Assembly (NCBI RefSeq): GCF_006345805.1
Contig: NC_043003.1
Span: 26,350,001 to 26,414,000, forward strand
Length of the DNA stretch: 64,000 nucleotides
Direction of reading: 5' to 3'
Origin: Octopus sinensis
Lineage: Eukaryota
Shown piece by piece: positions 12,700 through 25,044 of this stretch. Each line of letters begins with the position of its first letter. Position 1 is the stretch's first letter. The position numbers were made by a program, and so were the translations under genes. Under the pieces are notes generated by a model. That model was not told the origin of the DNA. It saw nothing but the letters and a program-made list of their open reading frames with translations, and did no database searches.

Positions 12700-12940
12700 A
12701 TGACAGAAGGTGGCAAGCTGGCAGAAATGTTAGCACACCAGGCAAAATGCTTAGCGATATTTTGTCTGCCTTTACATTCTGAGTTCAAATTCCACCGAGA
12801 ACAACTTTGCCTTTCATCCTTTCAGAGTTGATAAATTAAGTACCAGTCATGCACTGGGGTCGATGTAATCGACTCAATCCCTTTGTCTGTCCTTGTTTGT
12901 TCCCTCTATGTTTAGCCCCTTGTGGGCAATAAAGAAATAA
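12700..12940 (+). mobile_element. SINE C, full length
   Basis: ggtggcaagctggcagaaatgttagc head, gagttcaaattcc B-box-like motif, ctttgcctttcatcctttc..gataaattaagtaccag central box. Confidence 0.9.
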
Positions 12941-13257
12941 GAGAGAATGACAGAATAAGTGCCAGACAAACAAAAAAAAATATGTGCAAGGATCACTTTG
13001 TCTGACCAAACCCTTCAAGACAGTGCCCAAGTGTGTCTGCAGTTCAGTGACTGAAACAAGTAAAAGATACAAGATAATTAAACTGGTGTCTGGGACATAA
13101 ATTAACTTGGAAATTTGACAGGTTATAATTTAGATCACTTTAAAGAAAGTTTGTCTCATACATCCATGGGCAATTTCAGACAGGCTGGTTGGTATCAGAA
13201 GGGCAAAGCACTTCCTTGGCTAATTTGATGACTTTAGCTTAATTATATAAATTCACT

Positions 13258-13485
13258 ACCTATTTCTTTATTGTCCACAAGGGGCTAAACATAGAGGGGA
13301 CAAACAAGTACAGACAAACGGATTAAGATTACATCGACCCCAGTGCGTCACTGGTACTTAATTTATCAACCCCCATAAGGATGAAAAGTAAAGTCGACCT
13401 CGGTGGAATTTGAACTCAGAATGCAGCAGCGGACGAAATACCACAAAGCATTTCGCCCGGTGTGCTAACGTTTCTGCCAGCTCAT
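13258..13485 (-). mobile_element. SINE C, full length, inverted relative to the 12700 copy
   Basis: Antisense match to 12700-12940 over about 230 bp. Confidence 0.9.
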
Positions 13486-13529
13486 CCAAGATCCTTGCAG
13501 CAAACAATAGAGTAACATTTATCCCCTGA

Positions 13530-13830
13530 TGTTAAAATACCACAATAAATTGGTGTTTAAGGATAACCAAAGTGACTGGGGAGAAGTGTTTCCTCTTCCT
13601 GAAGATGAAGTACCTTATTTAAGTACAAGGATTGACAATGGTACAAGAACGGCTAAACAGACTTGCTCTAATGGCAATTGGAAACAATGTTCTCATGGAA
13701 TTGCATGAAACAATTACATTTTAATTGTTTTTAACCTTGTAAAAATAAACTGAATTTTGTTTTCTAGACTGACTTAAAAAAAATTTTTTTTTTACGTTTT
13801 GAAAATATTACTGAGGGCCTCGAAGCACCG
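13530..13830 (+). pseudogene. hAT (Tip100-like) transposase C-terminal dimerization-domain remnant
   Basis: VTGEKCFLFLKM (cf. SGERSFSKLK) followed by TMVQERLNRLALMAIGNNV (cf. STMxQERLxxLAL). Confidence 0.6.
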
Positions 13831-14101
13831 ATAGACCATGTCCTACAAAATCTTAATCTGGCAGTGTGTGTATGTGTGTGTGTAATATACATGCATAGCA
13901 ATTCAAACAGCCACACATGTATCTACACACAAGTGTATACACACGCACACACACCCATACCAGCATGGAAAACGAACGTTCACACACACACGTACATACA
14001 TTTTTATGGTGATCGAAATTTAACCATTTTTATTTATCACACACACACATATATACATACATACACAAGCGCGCATACACACACACACACACACACACAC
14101 A

Positions 14102-14151
<50 letters not shown>

Positions 14152-14614
14152 TCAAAATAAGCAACAAGAATGACTCCGGTAATTTGGTACGATCGTTTCG
14201 TTCTACAACATTTTATTAAATGATTATTTTGATTATAATCACCCCACGGATTTTTATGGATAACACCATACAAAATTCTGGTGCATCTAAATTAAGTACC
14301 ATATTCATTTGAATCTTAATTTTGCTGAACTTATATATATATATATATATATATGCATATACACACACGAATATATACATACATACATACGTTTATAAAC
14401 ACACGCATTCACATGTATATACACAAACACACAAAGCCATATGGATAAAGCACAGTTTTCGTGAAATTTCGAAGTCACTTTCAACATATTTGACAACGTT
14501 TTTATCCAGTTGTTTCCTCAGTCAATCCTCGTTGACTGAATGAATATATATTTAAAACACCTAATTTTAACCACATACATACGCATGTATGTATACACCC
14601 GCAGAGGTACATAC

Positions 14615-14659
14615 ATGTGTAAAGTGACCATCTAATGTCGAAGCGAAAATGAAAGACAT
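14615..14659 (-). other. Candidate 45-nt exon
   Basis: Acceptor tttcttcctttcacag|A and donor acat|gtatgt. Open in the phase expected after the 15800-15872 candidate. No homology recognised. Confidence 0.25.
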
Positions 14660-14831
14660 CTGTGAAAGGAAGAAATAAAACAGATGACGACAGTAGAGAG
14701 TTTGAGGAATGGAAGACTTGCAGACGAGAGTAAGAACCACTTGCAATATATGATAATATACACACAGGAGTCGGTGTGTGTATACATATATCAGTTACTA
14801 TGTACATACGTACTATATTGAATGTGCGCGC

Positions 14832-14890
<59 letters not shown>

Positions 14891-15513
14891 GAAAGAAATA
14901 CAACATATAATAGAACCAGACACACAGAGAAATACAGAACCCACCCCTCGTACATATATGTGGGTATGTATATGCGAGAGTGTGTGTGTGTGTGTATACA
15001 CACACCGAAAAGGAATGAAGATTGACAGACGACAAAAAAGAATCACATACATACGTAATCCAGACGTGTGTACGTGTGTATACAGATACAATTGTTTGTG
15101 CATGTACGCGTATGTGTGCATGCGTTGTGGGGTGTATGTATAAGTGTGTGTGTGTATGTATAAGTGTGTATATATATATATATATACAAACATACATACA
15201 TACAAGCGCGCTCGCGCGCTCAAAGAAAGATTATGTATGTATGAGTATATATTTTATCATACACCCACACATTTGCATGCATGCGCTTATTTGCAATAGA
15301 CATAATATAGTGTGTGTGATCCCACAGTGTGTTTATGTATACATACAAACACACATATACACATGCATGCATATTCCTTGTGTGTGCGCGTGTATATATA
15401 TATATATATATTATATATATATATATATATATGCACGCGCGTGCAAGCACATATTTATAATATAAAATTGAAAGCCTCTACTTAAACATACTATACACAC
15501 GCACGTATGTGCT

Positions 15514-15549
<36 letters not shown>

Positions 15550-15799
15550 CATATGTTTATATATACACACACATACATACATACATTCAGTGTACGTCTA
15601 ACTGGCTTTTATTTGTTTTCCTGCAATTCTTTTTCTTTTTTTTTTGTAGTTTTGATTTACCTATATATGTATGAGTATATATATACATTCATACATACAT
15701 ACATACATAGAGACACACACAAACACATATTAATAAAGAAAAGGACAATAAGATAAAAATGTTCAGGGGGAAGGGAGAAAGCGAAAGTTTCATATTTAC

Positions 15800-15872
15800 C
15801 GTCTAGACGTCCCAAGTCAGAGTAGTCAGGTCGTACAGACATTGTTCATGGAGATGATTTCGCGAGTAGATC
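15800..15872 (-). other. Candidate 73-nt exon containing a possible start codon (MSVRPDYSDLGRLD)
   Basis: Acceptor gtcttttcggttcacag|G, donor ACG|gtaaat, acaATG at 15842-15840. Unique CpG-rich sequence. Confidence 0.3.
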
Positions 15873-16019
15873 CTGTGAACCGAAAAGACAACACACTGTC
15901 AACAACAACAACCCCTCATAAAAAAAAATATATAAAGGTGTCAGTGGAATATAAAAAGCCGTAAGTGGTTTTATTCATACATAAGCGCCATTGCTGGGGC
16001 TGTCAGCCTCGCTTTGGAG

Positions 16020-18540
16020 CTGAGATACATCTTTCTCTTATTATCCCTCGATCTCTCTCATTCTCTCTTGTTCTCACTCATGCTCTCTTGCTCTCCCCCA
16101 GTCTTTCTCTTACTCTTTCTTGCTCATCCTCAACCTTCCTCTCTCTCTTTTACTCTCCCTCTCTCTTGCTCTCCCTCAATCTTTCTCTTTCTTACTCTCC
16201 CTTGCTCTCCCTCAATCTTTCTCTTTCTTACTCTCCCTTGCTCTCCCTATCTCTCTCTCACTCCCTCTCCCTTATTCCCCTTCTCGTTCTTCATATCTTT
16301 GTTTCTTTCTCCCAATGTTTCCATTTCTTTCTCATTCTCTCTCTCTCTCTCGGATTTCTATTCCTATCCCTCTCTTGTTCTTGCTATCTCTCTCCCTCTC
16401 TATTTTGCTCTTTCTATTTGTGTTTCTTCTCTTTCTCTTTTGGTTTTCCATTCCAATCTTCCCATTGCTACCTCTCCATCTCTCCCCTATTTCTGGTACT
16501 TTCTCTATCTCTCTCCTCCCTTTCTTTCTAAATCTTTCTATTCTTCTCTCTCTCTCTCTCTCTCGCTCAGTTTTCTCTTTATCTCTCTCCATTCACACTC
16601 TCAACTTCTTTCTCTCACTTTCTTTTTCTCCTTCCACTTTTCCTTCCTTGCTCTCTCTAGTTTCATTCTTACCTCTCTCTCTCTTTCTCTTCCACCACAC
16701 TTTTCTATCTTTATCTCACCATTCCAATCTTCCTTGTTCTCTCTTTTTTGATCTTCTTGTCTCATTTGTCTGTCTCTCATCTCACTAACTTTCTCTCTCT
16801 CTCTCTCTCTCTCCGGCTTTCTGCCTTACTCTTCTACTTTCATTCTGTCTTCTTTTTCTCGCTACATTTCTCTGTCTTTCTCCATTTCTCTGTATCTCTC
16901 TGACTATAATCTCTCTCCCTTGTTCTTCCCATTTCTTTCAATTTTTCTCTTTATCTGACTTTGGTTCACTTTCTCGTTCTCTCTCTCCCTCCCTAAGTCT
17001 TTCTATGTCTCCTAAATTGCCCACTTATCTTTCTATCACTAGGTTTTACTATATTTCTGACTTTTTCTCTCTTCACATATGTGTGAGCATATATATATAT
17101 TCGTCTGTCGTTGTGTTCCGAGTTCAAATTCCGCCGAGGTCGACTTTGCCTTTCATCCTTTCGGGGTCGATAAATTAAGGACCAGTTACGCACAGGGGTC
17201 GATGTAATCGACTTAATCCCTTTGTCTGTCCTTGTTTGTCCCCTCTGTGTTTAGCCCCTTGTGGGTAGTAAAGAAATATATATATATATATATATGTCTT
17301 TTCCATCTTCTTTTCATTGTCTTTCTTCATTTCTACTTTTTATCTCATTCACTATCTATTTATTCCTCTACCTTTCACTTTTTGTCTACTTTCCCTCCAT
17401 ATTATTCCTCCTTCTCGCCCTCTCTCTCTTACTATTCTATCTTGCCCCTCCTCCCTCCCTCTTATTCTTTCTATATCTCTCACTTTTGCATTCACACACA
17501 CACACACACTCTCTCTCTCTCTCTCTATTGATCTATCTAATCTGTTCAGTTTCCCTTTTTTGTCTTCCTCCTTTTCTGTATTTTTTTGGCTTACCCTACT
17601 CATTTTCTACCCTTTCTTTCTTTTTACTTTTGTTCATTTAGGTTAAGTGACGCCAGAGAATCCAAAAACCCTGTCTTCAGTGACGTATGAAACACAGCCA
17701 AAATCACTTGTAACCCTGATACAAGCAGAGCTGTGTTGGCTCCTACATGCACAACCTCAGCAGACAGATTAATATTGGGCCCCTAGTCCTATGGGACCAC
17801 AGACAACTAACCTGTGTGCCCATACCTTAGACCAGCATTGGAAGAAAAATTTTTAAATCAGGAATTTAGGAATAGGGATTTAGTTGACGAAAATCCACCC
17901 AAGCGCTTAACTTAGTACTTTATTTTACTAATCACCCACACTGGTACTTTATTTCACAGAATAATAAATACACATCCACTTTTAGTTGTACTTCACTCTT
18001 TCACACAGTATTCCTGTTTGCTGTCTCTCTTCTACACTTTTATATTCTCTTTCTCCCCCCCCCCTTGAAATATTTCATTTTCCCCTCTTTCTCTTTTTTC
18101 TTTTTCTGTCCCGCTCTTCAGTCTCACTTGGCACTTTCTATCTTTCTCCTCTTATCTTTTTCTTACTCTCTCTCTCTCTCTCTCTCTCAGTAATTCTCTC
18201 TTTCTATTCATCTTTATCTCTCTTAATATTTTTAATTTTCTCACACACTCTCTCCCTCTTTCTCAGTTTCTCTACATATCTATCTAGCTATCTACCTACC
18301 TACCTACTTCCCTTCCTCTTTCTTGCCCTTCCTTTCCAAATTTTTTGTGCCTTTTAACCCTATTATCTTTCTTTCTTTTTTTTCACTCTGTCCTGCTCTC
18401 CCTTCCTCTCTTTCTTACTATCTTACCCTCTCACCCATTGTCTTCTTTCTCTCACAGCCTTTTACTTTCTGCCTGTTTCACAGTTTAGACTCTCACTCTG
18501 TCCCTCCTCATCAAGTTTCTTCTCCACAAACCCGTTCATT
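16020..18540 (+). repeat. Long CT-rich (polypyrimidine) low-complexity tracts, including a 36-bp tandem unit at about 16165-16255
   Basis: Direct reading. These tracts explain the Leu/Ser/Phe-rich ORFs here. Confidence 0.9.
17100..17278 (+). mobile_element. SINE C, 5'-truncated, CpGs intact
   Basis: ccgagttcaaattccgccgaggtcgactttgcctttcatcctttcggggtcgataaattaag. Confidence 0.9.
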
Positions 18541-18934
18541 GATATTCACACACTTATCTAATTGAGCATGCGCACACAAACACACACACACAGTACATTC
18601 ACAACTACTAAACATATGAAAACAATTGTGTAAATTAAACAATACAACTTAACAGTTAGATGTATATACATATGGAGAGAAAAAGCATTTGCACACAAAC
18701 ACATCATCATATGCAGACACAAACACAGAGATAAACTTGTCAACATATACATTTGTACATACCTGGTTCAATGGTATGTTGCACATATATGCATACATAA
18801 TATACAAACAGATAGGTTGAAAGATATAAACAGAGATAGATAGAGATAGATAGATAGATAGATAGATAGACAGATAGATAGATAGATAAGCAGATGACAG
18901 GTAGGTAGGTAGATATATACATATAATTTTTACA

Positions 18935-19192
18935 TCATTGATCAGACTATCGGACATGATTGTACACCACTGATCACAATGTATTTTCTCATGTTGTGAC
19001 TTTGGAAGAATGTTACCCTGCTAGCCAGGTGGGTAGGCCAACATTCCTCCATCACAAAGTTATCTATGTACAGTTGAGTGGACAGGAGCAACATGAACTG
19101 AAGTATTTTCTTCGAGAGTACAACACACCACCGGCCTGGGAATTGAAGCCACAACCTTGCAATTGTGAGCACAATGCCCTAACCACTAGGCC
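18935..19192 (-). mobile_element. SINE D (body D3)
   Basis: Antisense head ggcctagtggttagggcattgtg and shared D box. Confidence 0.8.
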
Positions 19193-19505
19193 GACTGGCC
19201 TCGTGCCGGTGGCACGTAAAAAGCACCATCCGTTCGTAGCCGTTGCCAACTTCGCCTGGCCCCTGTGCTGGTGGCCCTTAAAAAGCACCATCTGATCATG
19301 GCCGTTTGCCAGACTCGCCTGGCACCTGTGCCAGTGGCACGTAAAAAGCACCCACTACACTCATGGAGTGGTTGGCATTAGGAAGGGCATCCAGCTGTAG
19401 AAACATTGTTGACTGGGCCTGGTGCAGCCTTCTGGCTTCCCAGACCCCAGTTGAACCGTCCAACCCATGCTAGCATGGAAAGCGGACGCTAAACGATGAT
19501 GATGA
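19193..19505 (+). mobile_element. RTE 3'-UTR-derived repeat (family B) with 3 internal units of about 58 bp
   Basis: Repeated tggcacgtaaaaagcacc. Ends cccatgctagcatggaaagcggacgctaaac(gat)n. Confidence 0.9.
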
Positions 19506-19506
19506 G

Positions 19507-19549
<43 letters not shown>

Positions 19550-19829
19550 CACACATATATATATATACACATATGCAGTTAATCAAAGCCGGGTAGATTT
19601 GTTATTTGTTTCTCTTTACCTGCGTGAGTTGTTGAGTATTTCTGTCTGGGAGATTTTTTTATGGTAGTGAAATAGTTAGTTTTAACTGGTATTTCTAAAT
19701 TTCAGTATGTGGTGAAGCAAATTTTTGCTGAACCCTAATTATAATTATACTCATAATTATATAATTTTTGTGTGTGTATATATACATACATACATATATC
19801 TACATACATACATATATATATAATATATA

Positions 19830-19862
<33 letters not shown>

Positions 19863-19879
19863 CATGCATATATACATAC

Positions 19880-20450
19880 ATATATATAAAACAGCTGTTT
19901 GGGTGTGTGTTCATCCACCATTTGAACAACATGGACACTCCATCTCATTTAGTTTTTCAGAATGTATATTTAATGTAGCTGGTTTCAGCTCTAATGTTGA
20001 TGCAGATACAAGGACATCTGTGTTTGGAGTAAAAGAACTCCATTTTATATTTAAAATGCGATGAAGGCATTTTTGGTGGAATTGTCCAAACAATGTGAAA
20101 TGTCTTTCATTACATGTCTATGTTCCAGAAGAATACAACAGGGATTGTAGGACAAATGATTTGTAAAGAGCTAATTTGTACTGTTATTTACATATCGTTG
20201 GTGCCAAACATGTAACTCCAAGCCACCAAATTCTTGTGCTGCTCTTTGAATTTGCAGATGTATTTCTGTATCCAGATTTCCATCATTTTGAACATAGACA
20301 GATGAAAGAATCAACAATCTCAAGTAACTTACCCTTAACAAAAATTTTAGTGGGGTTACAAACAGCACCTCATGCAAGTTCATACATTACATAAGCTGAG
20401 TCAAATGCAGATACAAGAGATTGCAGACCTGTTTCAGAATGACTGATTAA
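19880..20450 (-). pseudogene. RTE-clade (BovB-like) LINE ORF remnant
   Basis: NDGNLDTEIHLQIQRAAQEFGGLELHVW; FHQKCLHRILNIKW; MRWSVHVVQMVDEHTPKQLFY (cf. LRWxGHVxRMxxxRxPKxLLY). Confidence 0.8.
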
Positions 20451-20463
20451 ATTGCAACCGTCA

Positions 20464-20515
<52 letters not shown>

Positions 20516-20939
20516 CAGAAATGAAAAACAAAACAATAAATTGAACCATTATAAATTCAATTCAATTTAAATATTTTGTACAAACAAAATTACACTTCTC
20601 ATAAATTACAGCTGCTTCTGCTTCATTAATAAAATTCTGCTTCATTAATAAAATTAAGTTTTTCAAGAATAATCAAATCCATTTAAATATGTAATGATGC
20701 TTCATCAGATAGACATATCTGCTTAAATATTTGACAAAAAATATCAAATGAAAATATTTATCATTTCCTAAATCTTTACAAAAATGCTTTATAAGACTGA
20801 GCTTAATCATAAAAAGTAAATAATCTAACAAAAATTTTGTGTCAGGCAACTGTGTAAAAGAGGGAAAATGTTCTGTCACCCTATGGATAGCTGTACAACG
20901 GTAGCAGCTATTTTTCATGATGTATCAAATGTTGAACTC

Positions 20940-21583
20940 AGCAGGGAAATACAACCAGTTTTAGTTACTTGGATTCTGCTCTCATTCATGGTAACCTTGA
21001 TTCTGAGTTAAAGAAACAAATAATCACTCATCTAACTGACTTGGAAACAGAATTCATCAGATACTTCCCAGATACAGATAAAAAGTCTGAAGCTTGGAAA
21101 TTCATCAGGAACCCATTTCAGTGTGAAGTGACTGATATTTGGGATGAAGTGCAAGAGAAGTTTCTTCAGCTAAGTCCATCTCCCTAGCTAAAGAGAGACT
21201 TCAAAGAACTGGATCTTGAAATGTTCTGGATCAAGTATCTTCCTGTTTACCCTCTGATCTCATATCAGGCTCTTTGTGAAGCTGCATTTTCCATGCTCAT
21301 TGCTATCAAGACTAAATACAGAAACAGGCTGAATGAGCTACAAGATCTTGTGGCTAAGAAGCAGTGTCAAGTACCTCACTTTTTGTATAATGTGATTATA
21401 TATAAAATTATACATATTTTCTATAATGTAACTAATTCATATTCAATAAAAAGACTAAAAACATATTTTAGATTTTATTTAAAATCTAGGAGGAAATTTT
21501 TATTCATAGATGCAGGAAGGGGGCGTAGAGAGAAGGCCAAATTCCTAGGGGAGGCATGGTAGTAAAAAGGTTAAGAACCACTA
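20940..21583 (+). mobile_element. hAT (Buster/Charlie) element 3' half with transposase C-terminal remnant
   Basis: QIITHLTDLETEFIRYFP..WKFIRNPF..FWIKYLPVYPLISYQAL..CEAAFSMLIAIKTKYRNRL. Right TIR ggttaagaaccacta is followed by ggttagag (central TA). Confidence 0.85.
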
Positions 21584-21905
21584 GGTTAGAGCATCGGGCT
21601 TACATTCATTAGGTAGTGAGTTCGATTCTCAGGCCAGGCTATGTGTTGTGTTCTTGAGCAAGACACTTTATTTGTTGTTACTCCAGTTCACTCAGCTGTT
21701 GAAAGGAGTTGCGATGTCATTGGTACCAAGCTGCATCAGCTTTGCCTTTCCCTAGGATAACATCAGCGGTATGGAGAGGGAAGGTTGATATGCATGGATG
21801 ACTGCTGGTCTTCCATAAACAATCTTACTGGACTTGGGCCTCAGAGAGTAACTTTCTAGATGCAATCGCATGGTCATTTATGACCAAAGCGGGAGGGAGT
21901 GTCTT
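21584..21905 (+). mobile_element. SINE D (body D1), head clipped
   Basis: ggttagagcatcgggct...gagttcgattc; body homologous to 27600-27935. Confidence 0.8.
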
Positions 21906-22299
21906 TACCCTTTAACTATATAGAGAAAAGATTATATATTTATGGATAATTAGAAATAGATTCATAATAGATAAATTGGCATGTACAGAGGATTGATAAC
22001 AAAATGGCACACACAAATATATATGTGTGTGTACCAAAGATCAAAAAATAAAAAGAACAAAGTTCACGATCAATGTCATTAGTTTGATGCGCAGGGAAAA
22101 GGATAGTGTTAATGGTTGTAACCTATAACATTTTGGACATGGTACTTTTTTGGATAATGGAGAAAGAGAAGAAAAGACCAAGTGTAACTGGAAAAGGGTT
22201 GAAGAGGAAAACAACTGGGAAAAAGAAATACAATTCCAGTGAGAGAAACCATGTGGTATTGGTGTACATGTTTGGCTAGTACACACGCACACAGAGGTA

Positions 22300-22760
22300 T
22301 AATAATAATTATAATAATAATAATTGTGTACAGTGCTCCGGTGCACTACAACTCATCTAAAGTGTATATATAATCAGGTGTAGTTTCGGCGGATTTCGGA
22401 AAGCATGAGGGCCTTAAAGGATGTAGTGTCATGGCAGTCAACAACTGACGCAGGCAGTTTATTCCATGCTTCAGCAACTCTGAGCATGAAAAAATGTTTC
22501 CGAAAGTCATGGGAGCTGTGTTGTTTTCTGACTTTGTAGGCATGTCCACGTGTGTTAGACACATGGAGATCAAAAAGGTGTTCAGTGTTGTTGTTGGTGA
22601 GGTGGTTGATAACTTTGTGGGTGTTTACCAAGTCCGTCGCCAGACGCGGGAGCTTCAGTGAATCCATGCCCAAGGAAACAAGGCGCTCAGAATATGGTAG
22701 GTGCCTGATGGAGGGTATGCGTTTGGTTGCACGTATGATAGATGTGCTCAATGTGTGACA
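22300..22760 (-). mobile_element. CR1/L2-group LINE 3' end (ORF2 C-terminus, 3' hairpin, tail)
   Basis: RATKRIPSIRHLPYSERLVSLGMDSL..TRGHAYKVRKQ..DFRKHFFMLRVAEAWNKLPASVV..SFK. 3' hairpin gtgc-accgga-gcac, then an (att)n tail. Confidence 0.9.
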
Positions 22761-23117
22761 ATTAACCATACAGGTTTCAGCTCTAATGTTGATCATATTA
22801 GTCGTATGTTTCTTTTTTGATTGTTTATCAAAGTGTTTGCTCCACACTGGCCGAATAAGCTGCATCTTGTAATGTCATACTTTGTGTTGCTAAATGCTAA
22901 AACCTATGTAACAACTGAAACAAAGGAGTACCAAGTTATGCTCGAGGAGCTGGATGTGGTTTTCACTCATGCACGAGACTTAAGCAACATGAGGAGCAAA
23001 GTCAACTTGTTACTCAATAAAGACAACTTCAGCTATGTGTTGAGTGCTACTTCTCTTTGTTTGTTTGTTTGTGTGTGTGTGTGTGTGTATATATATTTAT
23101 ATATGTGTGTGAATATA

Positions 23118-23510
23118 TCATCATCATCATCATCATCATCGTTTAGCGTCCGTTTTCCATGCTAGCATGGGTTGGACGGTTCAACTGGGGTCTGTGAAGC
23201 CGGAAGGCTTCATCAGGCCTAGTCAGATCTGGCAGTGTTTCTACGGCTGGATGCCCTTCCTAATGCCAACCACTCCGTGAGTGTAGTGGGTGCTTTTTAC
23301 GTGCCACCCGCACAGGTGCCAGACAGAGCTGGCAAACGGCCACGAACGGATGGTGCTTTTTATGTGCCACCGGCACGGGGGCCAGGCGAGGCTGGCAACG
23401 GACACAAACGGACAGTGCTTTTTACGTGCCACCGGCACTGGTAACACATCTGCAATTTCCATTGATCGATTTCGATTCTGATCCTCACTTACCTCAACAG
23501 GTCTTCATAT
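23118..23510 (-). mobile_element. Family B RTE 3'-UTR repeat
   Basis: (cat)n tail at left; three ggtgctttttacgtgcca units. Confidence 0.9.
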
Positions 23511-23511
23511 A

Positions 23512-23554
<43 letters not shown>

Positions 23555-23558
23555 ATAT

Positions 23559-23592
<34 letters not shown>

Positions 23593-23632
23593 CACACACA
23601 CATATATATATATATATTATATATATACACAC

Positions 23633-23663
<31 letters not shown>

Positions 23664-23712
23664 TATATATATATATTATATATATATATATATATACACA
23701 CACACATATATA

Positions 23713-23763
<51 letters not shown>

Positions 23764-23802
23764 CACACCACATATATATATATATATAATATATATACAC
23801 AC

Positions 23803-23833
<31 letters not shown>

Positions 23834-23985
23834 ACATGTGGATGTGTGCATATATATATATGTATACATATATATACACACGTGCATATATATGTATGTG
23901 TATATATATATATATAATATATATATATATATATAATATATATATACACACACATATACATACATGCATATATATATGTGTGTGT
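23510..23985. repeat. Compound (TA)n/(CA)n microsatellite
   Basis: Direct reading. Confidence 0.95.
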
Positions 23986-24029
23986 ATGATGGACTCTCTT
24001 ATTGGTTTTGATGTATGAGGATCTGACAA

Positions 24030-24175
24030 CCGACACTTACTTTGTCAGCCATAATGCTTATGTCAAATGTAACATTTGAGTCTCACCAGCGATTTGCAAA
24101 GAAGCCCACAGATGTTGCAAGTGGTACATTTGCAGCCACTTTTCTCCTTTGCCTTGCATTTCTTAGCCTGTTAAT
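24030..24175 (-). pseudogene. RTE ORF C-terminal zinc-finger remnant
   Basis: Frameshifted LRNARQRRKVAANVPLAT / CNICGLLCKSLVRLKCYI*HKH resembles the RTE terminal RQRRK...CxxCxxxCxSxxGLxxH motif. Confidence 0.5.
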
Positions 24176-24205
24176 ACTGGTTGAAACAATATATATATAT
24201 ACATA

Positions 24206-24572
24206 TGAGGCAGTGCTGAATGGTTCCTAGGTTTAAGGGTATCATGGACGGCCTGGTTGGAGGCCCAGCCTTCTGAGTTCTTTTTACAGGGCTTAGAAAA
24301 ACTGAAGGACCACTGCAATTAGTGTGTGTATCTCAGAGGAAAATATCATCATCATCATCGTCGCTTAGCGTCCGCTTTCCATGCTAGCATGGGTTGCACG
24401 GTTCAACTGGGGTCTGGAAGGCCAGAAGGCTGCACCAGGCCCAGTCTGATTTGGCAATGTTTCTACGGCTGGATGCCCTTCCTAACGCCAATATGTTGGA
24501 TAAAAATCATAATTAACTAATCTTTCTGTATTTTCTTTTATCCAAAGCCAAGAACTTTTCAGCACCCCCTTG
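24206..24572. mobile_element. mariner-derived MITE with nested RTE-tail insertion (24347-24489)
   Basis: TA flanks; degenerate TIRs ..gtgctgaa..gttcct / agaacttttcagcacccccttg. The insert is flanked by an aatat duplication. Uninterrupted homolog at 40853-41068. Confidence 0.8.
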
Positions 24573-24574
24573 TA

Positions 24575-24607
<33 letters not shown>

Positions 24608-25044
24608 GAGACATTTCTTATTATATAACTCAGACCCTCCTTCAGTAGAATTCTCAATATTCTGATGTAGGTCTAAGACATAGCTGAAACAGAGGCTGAT
24701 TCACTTGCAGAGGCATGATTATTTAGAAAGTGTGTAAGTGTGTGTGTGTGTTTGTGTGTATGTGTTAAAGTGAATGCTAGTGTACTTGATGTAGTTGTGC
24801 AAGAAATTTTAATTAAAATGACAGCTATAGAGATGAGACCATTCGTTGTTCAAATGATTAAATCTGGGGTGGGGAAGTGAAAAAGACTGGGGAGATAACC
24901 TCAGATTTAATTAAGTTAATTAGGTAAGAAGTGCAGTTACAATAGAGTGGCAATTCCAGATATGTTTCAGTGTTATAAGACCACATCAGTAAAACTGATA
25001 CTGTAAATATTAGATAACTAGTACCATGTTCAATAAATTGAACA

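Larger units (their letters stand above)
12008..13203. mobile_element. pB2 MITE copy 2 with about 1 kb of nested SINE A and SINE C pieces
   Basis: ttaa-cccttttgttaccc left end and ggtatcagaaggg right end. Internal segment 13075-13200 matches 11830-11939. Confidence 0.65.

Noticed and set aside
22821-23060. Protein-like ORF segment ETKEYQVMLEELDVVF...
   Set aside because: No recognisable family and weak splice signals; it runs into a microsatellite. A tBLASTn would settle it.
23190-23225. CTGATGA followed by a hairpin in a family-B tail (minus strand)
   Set aside because: No GAAA follows, and other copies read ctggtgca at this position.
24041-24167. 127-nt exon-like segment on the minus strand (aacag| ... 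|gtaagt)
   Set aside because: Stops were found in the two frames that look coding, and the translation is better explained as a frameshifted RTE C-terminal zinc finger. Exonisation is not excluded.
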